This document shows positions 37,536 to 50,607 of a stretch of DNA of 64,000 nt, one piece after another (position 1 is the stretch's first letter; each line of letters opens with the position of its first letter). The translations under genes and the position numbers were made by a program. The notes below the pieces were generated by a model. The model made no database searches. It was not told where the DNA came from and saw nothing but the letters and a program-made list of their open reading frames with translations. Source of the stretch: Phoronis australis. Lineage: Eukaryota > Animalia > Phoronida. The stretch spans positions 38,940 through 102,939 of the forward strand of contig NMRA01000106.1 of NCBI GenBank assembly GCA_002633005.1, read 5' to 3'.

Positions 37536-39119
37536 CACTGAATAACATACACGCCAATTTTCAAAACCATCCTTAGAATGATTTGGTTGATCGAAGGGTG
37601 GGTGCCAAAAAACTGACTCGAAAACAGGAAAAAGGCCACTAGGTGGAGCAAAGTACCTCGACTCCATCCGAAAACGAGAGGAGAGCATCGTCACACCAAT
37701 AGATGCCTACATTCCAAATTTTCTGAAAATTTGTTGAGGACCTTTGAAGATAGAGAGGTAAACCTAAAAAACTAAAATTGCTACTAGGGAGCACAGTGGT
37801 AGTCAGATCCATTCGAAAGTTGCTGTCATCTGTTGTGAACATAATATAAATACACTTGCTAAATTAACAAAACCCTGCAAACGGTTAAGGATATAAAGCC
37901 ATGGGTGCAAAAAACTGCCACTAGGAGGCGTCACAGCAGTCGAAGTCGTCGGAAAATTATGGTCGGCTTCGCTGTAAGAACATACATGCCAATTTTCATA
38001 ATCATCCTTAGAGCCGTTTGGTTGATAGAAGGGTGGACGCCAAAAACAGACTAAGAACAGTAAAAATGGCCACTAGGTGGCGCAAACTACGTCAAATCCA
38101 TCCAAAAACGGGATGATAGCGTCGTCTCATTAATAGATGCCTTATACGCCAAATTTTATGACAATACGTTGAGGACCTTTGAAGATACAGAGGTAAACAT
38201 AAAAAAATGAAATTGCCACTAGGGGGCACACCAGTAGTCAGATGCGTCCGAAAGTCGTCGTAATCCATTGTCAACATCGTATAAATACACTTGCTAACTT
38301 TAATGAAGATCCTAGCTGCCAACGGTTTAGGAGATACAGCCATGGACGAAAAAAAAACCCACAAAACTGCCACTAGGAGGCGCCACAGTAGACGAAATCC
38401 TCGGAAAATCATTGTCAATCGTTCTCTTCATAGTAAAAACATACATGCCAATTTCCACAATCATCCTTAGAGAAGTTTGGTTGATAGAGGGGTGGACGCC
38501 AAAAACAGACTCGAAAACAGCAAAAATGGCCACTTGGTGGCGCAAACTTCGTCGAATCCGAAAACGGAAGGATAGCGTCATCTCACTAATAGATGCCTAT
38601 ATGCCAAATTTATGAAAATACGTTGAGGATCTTTGAAGATATATAGGTAAGGGTAAAAAACTAAAATTGCCACTAGGGGGCACATCGGTAGTCGGATCCG
38701 TCCGAAAGTTCACTCATGCCGTCCCATCAATGAAAGGAACATATGCGCTAAATTTCTTGAACGTATGTCAAATGATTTTGGAGATAGGGCAGCGGACGCT
38801 GGACGCGTGACGCCGGACGGACGCCGGACGGAGATGACGGCATAATGCGTCCACATATAAATATGTGGGCGCATAAGTGATCAGCATTTGACGAGGAATT
38901 CACTGAGAAATGTTATTGGTTTATGTTCAAATATTTTATAAATTAACTTTTATTTTTAACAGCACAGCCCATTCAGGCCAGATAGGATTTGATCGGAGAT
39001 TAGAACAATAGAAAGCTAGCCCTCCAACCCTAAATGCCAGAATGGAGTTCAATCAGTCATGTCAGATACTGGCTACAGAGGTCATCCTCCCAACTTGTTG
39101 CTAGGCTATAGAATCAAAC

Positions 39120-39456
39120 AAGTTGGGCTCAACGGAAAACGCCGTAATGTCTACGTTATACGGTCTTCTCATCAGGAACAAATCTGCCAATGATCCTTTG
39201 AATTGGTTAGCGGACACAGAGGCTAACGACAAAAACGCGCTAAAAATTCTCAATGGCCACCAGGTGGCGCAAAATCCGTGAAATCCGTTCGAAAACTGTA
39301 AGGCGTCATCGCCACCTTAATAGAAAACTAGTTGCCAAATTTCATAAAAATCCACCAAGGAACTCAAAAGATACAGAAATCAACATAACTAACTAAAATT
39401 GCCGGACAGAGATGACAGCCACATGCATCCACACATAAAAATGTGGGGGCATAAAA
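39120..39456 (+). mobile_element. partial copy of the same Helentron-like family
   Basis: GGCCACCAGGTGGCGCA unit and 3' hairpin ATGCATCCACA...TGTGGGGGCATAAAAA. Confidence 0.6.
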
Positions 39457-40348
39457 AGGCCGCCTGTATAAGAACATTTCGTTTCCCCCCACCCTATCCT
39501 CACTCATCTAACGCAGTCACGCAGGTAGGAGCATGTTCATTATTAATGATTTAATAGTTGAAATGGTAGACTTTATTTCATTGCTGGATACTACAGTACC
39601 AAATGCAACTTGCGATTCTAAAGCGACATTAGTTTGTTATTAGAATCATGAAAACGTACGGAATCTCCAACAGTCGGTTTTTCCAAAAACAAGGCGGGGA
39701 TGATGACTGTGATGACGTAATTAGAGGCTGGACCGGGGGGGGGGGGGGGNTTTATCAGGATGACGGGTGATGACAGAGGAAGGGTAAAAGCGGCAAATTT
39801 TGGATGACGTAATATGTGAAATTGGGTCGACTGATGGACGGGCTATCAAGGTCGGCTTATGAGTCGGCAGTGCGGTCGGCTAAAACCAGTAACCCGACCG
39901 GTCGGTTATTTTGCCGAGCCATCGTCGACTCATTGCAGACCGGTCGGACAAAAACTCGTGACGTGTATCGTACCCCTCCAGTTCATTTCTTTTTTATATA
40001 TTTCTCCAACACCATAAATTAATTAATATCAGCTTCTGAGTAGTAATCAAAGGGTTTAATAATTATGCTTTTTTATTTTTCACATTTATTGGTAACTGTT
40101 GCTTTTTAGAATTGAAATATTTGTGTAACTGGTCAGATATGAAAAATAAGAGGCCTTCGGATTTGAAAGGGTACCCTTTTTTGTCCTATTAACAGACATT
40201 AAAAATGACGTTCTCAAATAGTTCTCTAAAACAAAATAATGCTCTAGCTGTAACCCTCGACAAGAATTTGAAAATTTTTTACAAATTCTGCTTAACTGGC
40301 AAGCGTGACTTAGGCTTTAGACGAGTTACACGAGTACGTGTAATGAAA

Positions 40349-41424
40349 CTCTCTGGTTCCCTGTGTGTCCGCTAGGTGGTATAGAACACGCTGGTATCAT
40401 TCAGTTACACGCGATTTATCACTGGCTGATGTAACCTCGGCAGTCATTGGTTAGTTTACAATAAAGAATTAAATTGGCGGACTCTTAACGACTTTTAGCC
40501 TTGTCATACAAGTGGCGTGACAGCAAATATTTCGTTTCTGCAATAGTGTTTAATAGCTGCGTACGCTTTATGTAAACAAACGACATGACTGATAGATGAA
40601 GTATAAATGTGGCTATAGTGTGTGGTCTGTTCTACAGACAAATCGGTGCTTAATTCATGTTCAAGAAATTTGAATCGGAAAGTTGTGGTTGTGCCTTTTC
40701 CGAGTGCATTTTTCTAGTGCCGCTGTCTTTTGTTTACGTTGCTGTACTGTATTCACGCACAATGAATAACACAACGGTTAAATCGGTCAGACGTGTGTGC
40801 ATTGTACGTCCTTCAAGCACGCGCCAGATGTTGAGAATTCGACCTGCCAATCAGAAACGCCGGTATAAAAAAATTAACGAAAAAAGTTAAATGATGCCTG
40901 CGTGTTCTCTAAACCCCCAAGCGGACACGCCGGGAACCAGCGAGCAAACAGAGAAAATAGTGGACTATGAACGGTTTTTAGCCTTGTCAGTGGTGTGGCA
41001 GCAAATATTTCGTTTCTGCAGTAATGCGGTTTAATAGCCCCGTGCTGGAAGCACATACATGTACAGATGCATACACATCTGGCCGATTTAACTGGTGTGT
41101 TATTCATACTGTGTGAATACAGAAAGCGACGTAAACAAAAGTCTGCGACAGCAGAAAAATGCAATCTGAAAAGGAACAAGCCCAATTTTCTGATTCACGT
41201 TTCTTGAACATGAATTAAGCACATATTTTTCTGTATAACAGACCACAAACTATATCCACACTTAAATTTCCTCCATCAGTCATGCCAGCTTGTTTACGTA
41301 GAGCGCTAGCTGTTGAGAATTCAAACAGCAAATCAGGAACACCGGTGTAAAAAAATTCCCGAGGAAAATTAAAGGATAACCGCGTGTTCTCTACCACCTA
41401 GCGGACACACAAGGAACCAGCGAG
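40349..41424. mobile_element. composite inverted-repeat element
   Basis: ~45-bp TIR CTGGTTCCCTGTGTGTCCGCTAGGTGGTATAGAACACGC / GCGTGTTCTCTACCACCTAGCGGACACACAAGGAACCAG. A third terminus lies at ~40900-40945, and internal ~40600-40890 is inverted to ~41070-41370. Confidence 0.75.
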
Positions 41425-42763
41425 GTAAGGAAAGACCATCCACCATGACCCACAATATTCTATCTGACACACAGAGAATAAATTTTTAGTTGAATCCAGC
41501 TTCTATCACTCAAGTACTGGGACGCCAATAACGCATTAACATGTGACAGAACGAGGATTGGTAGAAATCATCAAAACAAGGTTTAGTATCCTTTCAAGTT
41601 ATGTCATTTACTACTTTCTTCTAATGTAATTATACACCAAGAGCTCAGCAAGACTATTGAAAAACAAAAACAAGGGCTCCGCCATGTTCACAATATTCGT
41701 TGTCACACTCACAACACTCGACTTTTTTCTCAGAAGTTGCATCAGATTAAAATTGATATACTACCCGTACATTGCATGTAGTTACAGTCACATCATTTAA
41801 AATGTTAATGCCTGCTCCATTGTCCACTACACACAGAACACGCCTACACGTTGATGTAAAAAGCAGTCTCAAAAACTGCAATTTGTAACACTGTCCAGGT
41901 TACATTTTGTTAGGTAACACATAGCCTATATCAATTAAGCATTGGGGCTACAATACTCCCGTCTTGCTATGAACACAATTCAACACCATGTATTTCAAAA
42001 AGACGGTAGTCCATTTCCAGCCACCAAGTATGAAGTTTTCACTTGGTCAAAATACATTTTACAATTAAAATTGTCACTTATTAAAGTGCTTACTTTCTTC
42101 AGCATCCTTTCCTGGATGAAGCATGTCAACAGGAATTCCTATGGACTTTGCAAAGAATTCCAACTCCGGGTTTTGGTCACGTGATCTTTTAGAGCCCAGT
42201 AAAGCACACAGCATGTCTGAGTGGCTGAATCGTTATTTTGGTTTTATTACATGCCGGCCTGTCACTGCTCAAGTCACAGGCAAATGGCTGTTGGACAAGG
42301 CTGATACTGGAAATAAAATAGGACTTGGCGTCCCACTCTTCACAACTGAACACCTGGGGTGGGGGGGGGGGGGGGCGGNGGGTTGAGAAGCGAGGGACTA
42401 TGGGTTTACTATGATGTACTCCAACACAGGATAATAGACACATATTCAGTTTGCACTAAAGTAGAGGAGAAAGCATCAATAATAATTTAGATTTTGAACT
42501 CAAAGATTAGCACAGGTCATCTAAATTTTGCAGTACTCCCTTGAAATTCAATAATCCCTGGGGGAGGCTAGAGCTGCCACACAACGCCCCCATAAGTTTT
42601 GACCAAGACAAAAATTGGTTTACCTGACTGAATATCACATTGAAACACCTTACTGGAAGAATAAATGAAAGCAAAACTTTCCTTACGGACTTGCCGCATT
42701 TATTTCTTGACTTAAAAGTCTTTTTATGAAAGCCACTGATAGCACAATTGTCTGCCTCAAACA

Positions 42764-42907
42764 TTAGTCTCTAGTTGTATACAAGTCTTTGTCTTCCTCA
42801 TTAGACTGTCCATAATCCTTTTCTGGTTCAGAGTGAGTATTGCCACTGATGTTTTCTTGTTCAATGACAATGTCTTCGTGTGGCTTTGGGGATGTATTTC
42901 CTTTCAG
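42764..42907 (-). CDS. APOOL: MICOS subunit MIC26/MIC27 (apolipoprotein O family), last exon
   Basis: Phase 0. Encodes LKGNTSPKPHEDIVIEQENISGNTHSEPEKDYGQSNEEDKDLYTTRD*, with the MIC27-type DxGQSxxEDxDxYxTR tail. Confidence 0.88.
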   Translation of the reverse strand: MKGNTSPKPHEDIVIEQENISGNTHSEPEKDYGQSNEEDKDLYTTRD

Positions 42908-43803
42908 CTGAAAAAGAAACCAAGTGACAGCTCTTGTTGTCATAACATAAAAGTTACATTAGATAGGACTGGCACTGTTTATTAATGAGAAAAACTGAGG
43001 ACACAACAGGAGCTAGTATTTTAAAACAATAAGAACTGCAACAGTGCAGGCATAATAGTTCTATGTAGGGTGTCACAGTGACTCTCAAATACTATTCCTG
43101 TACATCTGAAAAGAAAAACCATATTTTGCTATTCATTCAATTCAAGTTACAGAGCTCCGAAAAGTGTGCAAGTTGTACACACTCCAAAGTAGAGGTTTGT
43201 GGCAAACTGCCTCTTAGAAGAAACGATGGATACCGAACTGTTTGAGCCTCTTTCAGTTTATTTTCTGTTTGACAAGATAACACACTTGAACACTGATAAT
43301 AGATACATGCAACCAGCTATGCTGCATGTTAGCTAGATATTTTGAAAAGCAAAGTTGTCTATACAAATTGGTAGTTTCAACATAGAAGTGCTAATCAGAG
43401 GCGGATCTACACTTTCTGGACTTGATGCTGGATCAGCCATGGGCCTTCGAAACCAGGAACAGTTACAGCAGGCAAATTCCTCTACTGTAACCTTTCTGAT
43501 CACCATAGCCTCTGGTCGTCTGAGATGGTCAACACCAGTGTACTCAAAGCCATCTGTAATGCACAACTTAAACCACTATGTTGTGGGGCGGTGAACTTGC
43601 AAGACGAGCTTGTTTTGTGTGAGTTCCCTAAGTATTACATTATCCTACTTAATGGGAAATCAGGCACTGGGGGCCTGAAGCTTAATTAGCTTCAAGATAC
43701 ATTCGTCACTGGGTGACCATAAAAATAGAAGGATGCTTCCTGGCATTGAAGAAATATAAATTTTGAATTCAGAACTGTTGAAAATCTACCCAGTCGAACT
43801 TAC

Positions 43804-43901
43804 TTTGTCAGAAATAGTCCTGAAGTTATCATAGAAACCTTTTGGTAGAACTGATGATAAACCAGATGACTCTGCATCTGAACGTTCACTTGGCTGGTAG
43901 G
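43804..43901 (-). CDS. APOOL: MIC26/27 internal exon
   Basis: 98 bp, strong acceptor TTTACTTTTCAG, donor GTAAGT; phase 1/0 reconciles the neighbours. Encodes AYQPSERSDAESSGLSSVLPKGFYDNFRTISDK. Confidence 0.7.
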
Positions 43902-44629
43902 CTGAAAAGTAAAGTGAAGATTGAAGATTTTCACTTGATTTGCAACTTGTTTCCTTGTCTCAGCTGTCAAAAAGGTGGGATTTTCAGTCAATAAAAGCAA
44001 CACTGTCATCTTTCCCAGCCTTACATTGACCTTTCTAGTCGACCACTTGATACCTTTAGTATTTCAATATAGAAGACACACACACAGAGTTGAATCATGT
44101 GCTTCTTTGTGTGTGTACTAAAAGTAACTTTCAAAATCGCACAATAATCAATGAAAAAGAAAGAATGAATATGAAGTGAACACGTGAATGATCAACTGGC
44201 ACAAAAACAATTCTAAGAGAAAATCTTTCAGTACAACGATAAATTCGAAAAAGTCTGAAGTAGTCGTCATGTAGTAACCTCAATGCCAACTAATGAGCTC
44301 CATGAATGCTTTAGTACATGAGTTTATCGGTAGGTAGAAAAATGCAAATGGCGGAGTGACAAGCGAAAAATAAAAAAGTTGTATCTTCAAGTGATTAAGT
44401 TCTTTTGCAGGGCTTGATTTCCGTGATTCGCTCTACTATTTCTTAAGATAAATGTGTTCACGCGATTGCAATCTCGACGGATGCGGGTTAATGTTTGATG
44501 TGCAATTCGTGTGTGATGTGTATGACACTTGATTCTATGTACTTCACTATGCGGACTTCCAAGTTCCAATCCTATTAAAATTTAAGGATTGGTTTACCAA
44601 CTACAGCAGATATAACATTTGTTACTCAC

Positions 44630-44773
44630 CCTCCCCAGTGTATTGTTTGTAGGCAAAGTCTCTGGCTGAGTTAAACGCATCTCTGGATATATCTACAGCT
44701 TGGTTAGGATAGCACAGGGAAGCTGCCACTAACATAGCACTACCCGAGTAGAAGGCTCTGCGCAGATTACTAC
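44630..44773 (-). CDS. APOOL: MIC26/27 exon (second TM segment)
   Basis: 144 bp, phase 1/1. Encodes SNLRRAFYSGSAMLVAASLCYPNQAVDISRDAFNSARDFAYKQYTGE (ApoO ASLxYP motif). Confidence 0.9.
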
Positions 44774-45552
44774 CTGTAAATGAATGGATGGTCAATGCAG
44801 GTCGTTGAACTTATGTAGGCCAACTCTGGAACATCACATCTCAGTGGCTGAATGGTTTCACTTTAAACTTTCATTTTTGCTTAATGTACGCTGTTAACAA
44901 TTGTTTTTAAAATGTTCCACTTTTGCAGAACTATCAAAAATAAGACTTATGTGATTTTCCTGTGAAAATATTTGAATTTGGCACAAATGAAATAATAAAA
45001 TTTAGAAAAGTGTAACAGCATTTTTTATTAAGTTTTTATCTCAAGCATTTATATCAAATGAAATTTGATCATGAACTGATCTTGTTGTTTTGCTATGAAT
45101 GTATCTTTCTTTTTGTTAAATTTGACTAAAAAGCTGGTCAGGTGAGCATATTAATGGCAGATTGGTATAAAGTCATCAATCAAATTCTACAGAATTTCTA
45201 CATTCAGCAAATGTATATACTTTTGGTGACAGAGATAAATTCTAGTTTTGTAGATATTTGTTAAAAGTACAGACAAGAGAATAAGGTCCTACATGACCTG
45301 AAAGTTGTTCACTTTAAAGGATCTAGCCAAGCAGCCAGCACAAGTCCTGACCAGTACTTCATGCTCAACAATAGAACCATGTCAAGTGCTTCATTTTTAA
45401 ATACGTCTGGCTAGATATATGTCATGAACTTCCAAAATTGAATGCACTTAGATCTTGCAACACTTCGATAACTTTCCAGAGAGGGTTAACAAATGTTGAA
45501 AACACAGATAACGTGGTGTTAAATGAAGTATGAAAACATGGTGATCACTAAC

Positions 45553-45648
45553 GTTTATAGCCTGCAATAATTCCACCAAGCCCGGCCAACGTTATAACAC
45601 CAGCCCTGGGAAGAAGACCGGGATCATTTTGGATGTAATCTACTGTGT
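45553..45648 (-). CDS. APOOL: MIC26/27 exon (first TM segment)
   Basis: 96 bp, phase 1/1. Encodes DTVDYIQNDPGLLPRAGVITLAGLGGIIAGYK. Confidence 0.9.
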
Positions 45649-46003
45649 CTGAAAACAGGAAAACCATAATAATATTATGTTAGAGCACAACGATTCAATG
45701 TGAAAAGGGTCAATTTTATCTTAGGGAAGAAACAACTAATCATTATAAGACATAATTAATCACTCGCCAGGCTGTAGGAACCACATTGAAACTATTCATA
45801 CAGTGTATAATTGTGTTGTTATACAGTAGCTCACAGCCAACATGAAAATTGCACATGAATATCCAAAGTTTACAAATTAAGTATTTACGACAATTCAAAG
45901 AAAATTACATAGTTATTTTTGAACTTTCAAAACCGACTACAAGCGTTTTAATAGGAATGTTCCTGGATGGATAATATTTGATGATTATTTCTATAATACA
46001 AAC

Positions 46004-46058
46004 CTAGAGTTTTCGATTTAACATTCTCAAGTTTCTGGTTTGCCTTGTCATATGTTCC
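46004..46058 (-). CDS. APOOL: MIC26/27 exon
   Basis: 55 bp, phase 0/1. Encodes GTYDKANQKLENVKSKTL. Confidence 0.8.
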
Positions 46059-46388
46059 CTGCAACAACGAAACAAAAGTCACACAAAACATACACTAAAA
46101 GTAGTCAAAACTGGAGACAAAGAAAGTCAGTGAACTACAAATAAAGCAATTTTTGCATGCATAAGTGGCCATGGTTTTAAAATAAATTAAGGGAAATTTA
46201 AACGGACTCTTCACTGCTGTTTGGCGATCAACAGCAACACTTTGAGGAGTAAAATCATTACCACGCTTGCCTGATCTTGTTGGAAATGGAAATCAAGTCT
46301 TATCATGGGAATCAATATTATGAGAACAATTTCATGAGCTGAAGTGACTTAACTCATTTTCCGTATTTTGACAGGTAAACAATTTAGA

Positions 46389-47533
46389 ACAAGAGGTACA
46401 CAAAGCATTGAAATGTGCTCATGACTGCACCACAAACAGTATGCTTCTAGGTTCTTATTTAGTACGTAGAAAGGTCACTAGGGGGTGCAGCATATGGCAA
46501 ATCTATCTAAAACACGGCAACAGTTGTCGCCTCCTTGACAGACAAATTCGTTTACATGCACAAAGGAACTTGGTAAATATAGAGCCAAACACAAAATCTG
46601 CCACTGGGGTTGCCACAACAGTCTGTCCCATCCCAATATCAAAGTTAGCTTACTCTTCTTAACTGGAACACACACTACACTAAATTTCATGAACATGGAA
46701 CTTGGTAGATAATGTGGCAGATTCAAAGAACAGTTGTTACAAGGGTTGGCAGGCACAGCAAAAAACTAATTTGTCACAAGAGGATGCCAGAGTAGTCGTG
46801 ATTATCTCATTAGGAACATCTGTTGAATTTCATAATGAGCTTGCAAGCGCATTGAGATTGAGAGGTGAACACCAAAAACAGACATAAAAATAATGGCCAC
46901 TAGGGGGCACAGCATCTGAAAATGGGAATGTGTGGTCGTTTTCTTAGTAGAAATTCATTTTTAAAATTCATGAAAGTCCACAAGGGGCTGGTGTTTTTAG
47001 AAGCATATGTAATTAGAGTCTAAATTGTCATTTCGGGGAGTCACAGTAGTTCGACCCCTCCAAAACTCAACGTCACTCACACTCATCTCAATATTAAGAA
47101 CACATCTGAGAAATTTCACAATAGTCCAACCAGGAGTTTAGCTGAGAGAGAGAGAAGTCGATGCCAAAAAAATAAATATGCCCTCTAAGGAGAGCAGATT
47201 ATGTGTAATACATCAGCAAATGGCAAGGTTTCATTGCCTTCTTTTGTTGCCCTCAAATGGAAACCTCTTTGCCAAATGTCCTGACAATGAATTCAGGAAC
47301 TTGATAGGGAAACTGAGGTTAACGTAAAAACTAATTCAACTAAGCAATGGTAGTCCACCAAGTCCAAAAATTCACTTGTGCAGTCCTGGCCATGATATGA
47401 ACAAATCTGCAAAATTTCACAAAATCCATCAAGTGGTTTTGCAGATACAGCAGCCTCATTCGAGATACCAAATGGATTACGGACAAAAGAGGACGATGGC
47501 ATGATGCAACCACACACATTTGTGGGCACATAA
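46389..47533 (+). mobile_element. older copy of the Helentron-like family in an APOOL intron
   Basis: ACAAGAG...GCATTGAAATGTGCTCATGA start, degenerate CCACTAGGGGGC units, 3' TGTGGGCACATAA hairpin arm. Confidence 0.6.
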
Positions 47534-47790
47534 CAATACAGCTACAGGTCTGTACAAACAGACAGCAACAAAACAATCAACAAGACATTAATAGAAGAAA
47601 TACCAACTGTAATAGGGTTCAGTCTTCTCTGTTGGAAGAAAGATACAAACATTAAATATTGCTGGATGATGATTGATCGATTTATCAATACAATTTTGTT
47701 TTAGCATATAAAACCTGCACACATCCAGGTTAACACTCAGCTTAAATTGGTAAACTCCAAATTCATGAGGTGGGCATCAAAACAAAACAA

Positions 47791-49516
47791 ACAATAGCAA
47801 GGCAATGCATTGAAATGCTCCCATGAATGCACTGCAAATTTTATGATTCTAAGGGTGTTTATCAGTATCATAAAAATGGCATCGGACTTGTCGTCATCAT
47901 CTCTTATTTGCCAAATTTCACAACTAGCAACACAGGTCAAACCCATTTGAATCAGTGGCTGTGCTGTTGTCTAGTACATGATATTAAATAAATTTGTCAA
48001 ATTGGTGCTGCATATCCTCTATAACAGGGTTACAGAAGCTGATGAGAGTGTGACGTTGGATTATGCCTATTAAACTTGTCAGTGATTCAATACACAAATG
48101 ACTGTCTTGGACTACCATCATGTAAAAATACATAACTATAATAACTACGCAGAATTGTGCAATGGTGTCAAATAAGGTCCATGTTCACTCATTCATAAAG
48201 GCTTCAATAGCAATTCAAATCATGACACTGAAGTACTTTGCTTTGGATCAGCTTGAAATCCTTACCTTTTGGACTTGTGAGTGGTATAGTATTGATTGAG
48301 TTACCAAATGTGGTGCAGTAGTAGAAATGTTTACTAGTATGACAAGTACCATAAACCTCTAGGCGTGGAATGCCAACTTCGACCATATGCAGCAGGGGTT
48401 GCGCTGTGCATGTGTGCAAAAATTTGTTCCGGTGTTGAATTTTGCTAAGAAATATAGGGCTTAGGGGCGCATTTTTGTTCAGTATACCGGTAACCAAATT
48501 AAGTTTAGAACTGTTATCAATGAAAATTTCTTCGGAGCAAATTTGACCAACATTTCGGACTATTTTGTAATCAAATGGTCTCAAACATTGGCAAGCAGAG
48601 GATCATCTGCTAGCAATTCGGAAAATGATTTGGTGATAGCAACTTATAAGGCAAATTTTATCAACGTCCATCAAGGAACTTGGTAGATATCAAGGCAAAT
48701 GTTAAAAATTACCATTAAATGATGCTTCAGTAGCCAATTGTGTCACAAAACCCACGCCAGTTGTACTCTCTTCAATAGACACACACACACCAAATTTTAT
48801 GAAGATCCATCAACTAACTTGCATTGAGCCGCAGGCAAAAACCAACATTGCCGCAAGAGGGCACCATTGGAGACAAACGTGGTCGAAATTTATCGCCAGC
48901 CATGCATTCCCAAGTAGAAACATAAATGCTAATTTTCACAATGATCCTTAGCGTGACTTAGCCAATAGAGAAGCAGGCACCAAAAACCAAATTCAAAAAC
49001 AAAGAAAATGGCCACGAGAATGGCTTACAATACCTCGATTCCATCCAAAAATGGGAAGATCTTTAACAGAAACCTATTTGCTATGTTTCATGAAAATTCA
49101 TCAAGGAACTCAGATGATACACAGGAAAATACAAAAAGATAGAATTACCACTAGGGGTTCATCGGTAACTGGATCCGTCGGAAGATCATTGTCATCTATT
49201 GTCACGAGCAGTACACATCAAATCTATCCGAAAATGACAAGTCATAATCATCTCCTTAATAGAAACTTATTTGCTAAATTCATGAAAATCTGTCAAGGAA
49301 TTCTAAAGAAACAGAAGCAAATGTATAAAAATTACATAGTGGTAATCCCATTGGTCCAAAACTCAACGTCATCCATTGCCAGCTTCATTAGAATGCATCT
49401 GCCAAAACTCACAAAGATTCTGTGAGGGGTTTAGCCTTTTAGGAGATAAAGCGGCAGATGCTCAGACATAGTTGACAACCATATGCACCCACATATGTAT
49501 AAGCGGGGGCACAAAA
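47791..49516 (+). mobile_element. older interrupted copy of the Helentron-like family
   Basis: GCATTGAAATGCTCCCATGAATGCAC start, units at ~48600-49450, 3' ATGCACCCACAT...GCGGGGGCAC hairpin. Confidence 0.5.
48125..48350 (+). repeat. dispersed repeat, diverged copy at ~52978-53225
   Basis: Shared AAAATACATAACTA, GTGTCAAATAAGG, TTCATAAA.GCTTCAATAGCA.TTC and GTAGTAGAAATGT. Confidence 0.65.
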
Positions 49517-49693
49517 CCCAAAAATTTTTTTAAGTTGTGGACAATAACTTGATCAGAATAACTGACAAAGAGTTGTATTCATGTCAATCATGCTGTGTTC
49601 TAATTGGTAACCCAATCAAAAACAATGGAAATTAAATTGGACTACTGAAACAACAGCATTTCTGCTTCCTCAATGGCAAAATGCAGCTTGTAC

Positions 49694-49813
49694 CTTCACT
49701 CGGTCCGTAAACCTCCAGATGGCTTGTCGAAATTTTGACACGTGCTCTCGAAAACTGGAAATTTCCTCATCTTTGAATCCGTATCTAGGCTGGGGTATAT
49801 CATAAATTTCAAG
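49694..49813 (-). CDS. APOOL: MIC26/27 exon
   Basis: 120 bp, phase 0/0. Encodes LEIYDIPQPRYGFKDEEISSFREHVSKFRQAIWRFTDRVK (ApoO LxIY start of domain). Confidence 0.85.
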
Positions 49814-50607
49814 CTGAAATTCAGAAAGCATATTTAACACCACGTCACAGCAGCAGCAGAGGTAGTATTACTTCAGTTCAATAGTATTTTTAATCCAATC
49901 TCGCGTTCCGTGGCCGGCATGTGTTGATGCAATGGTACATTGAATGAAAAAGTGATTTTATTATTGAATAGCTGTCAATCTATTTTCCCACATGAAATAC
50001 ACTGGCACAATTTCAGTTTTTAATATAAATTCACCATGTATTTCCAAGTGGATGCTGTGCTGTCTGAAACCTTTCTGGTCTTTGCGTGAGTTAGTTATCC
50101 ATAATTTTTTCCCAAACCTGCATGGACATAGCCCCCCAATATGCCCGGAAGTGAAGCTTACCCGTTTCCAATTCATTCATCCTCAGTTCCTCACATGTTC
50201 GTCAACTACACGTCCACCCACAATTTTGCACAATTTCAATAAACACGACATGTTTAATTCAGTAAAATTTATCTTTCATTTTCTCTCACTTATAAATCAT
50301 CGAACTCCAGTTTATTTGTGGTACAAGCGGGATCCTTTGACTTGAACATTTTACTCAGTAACCAGTGGAAACCTACTTAAGCAGATATTTTCACGATGGA
50401 AGCTTAGCATAAGATGTGTAGTAAGCTAGGATAGTTTCAATTGGTTTTGAATAACAACATTATTTTAACAAGAATAACAGGTTTCTTAAATAGTTACAAC
50501 CTCTGATCCTGGCCCTCTGACATAGAAAGTAATAATAAAGCCAAGGCGAGTCCAGGAAGGTAAATTGATTCATAGCAATGTTTCTCATTCAGTATGTGTT
50601 GTAAGAT

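Larger units (their letters stand above)
33062..38876 (+). mobile_element. Helentron/HINE (pearl-like) non-autonomous element with ~150-bp internal tandem units and nested insertions
   Basis: 5' ACAAGAG start and subterminal ATACGCCCAC, inverted to 3' GTGGGCGCAT. GACG-rich microsatellite at 38790-38835, terminal hairpin ATGCGTCCACATAT-AA-ATATGTGGGCGCAT, tandem units at 37540-38790. Confidence 0.7.

Noticed and set aside
43840-43963. Alternative APOOL exon AETRKQVANQ...FYQK
   Set aside because: It is phase-compatible but has weaker splice signals than 43804-43901 and reads through a clear pyrimidine tract.
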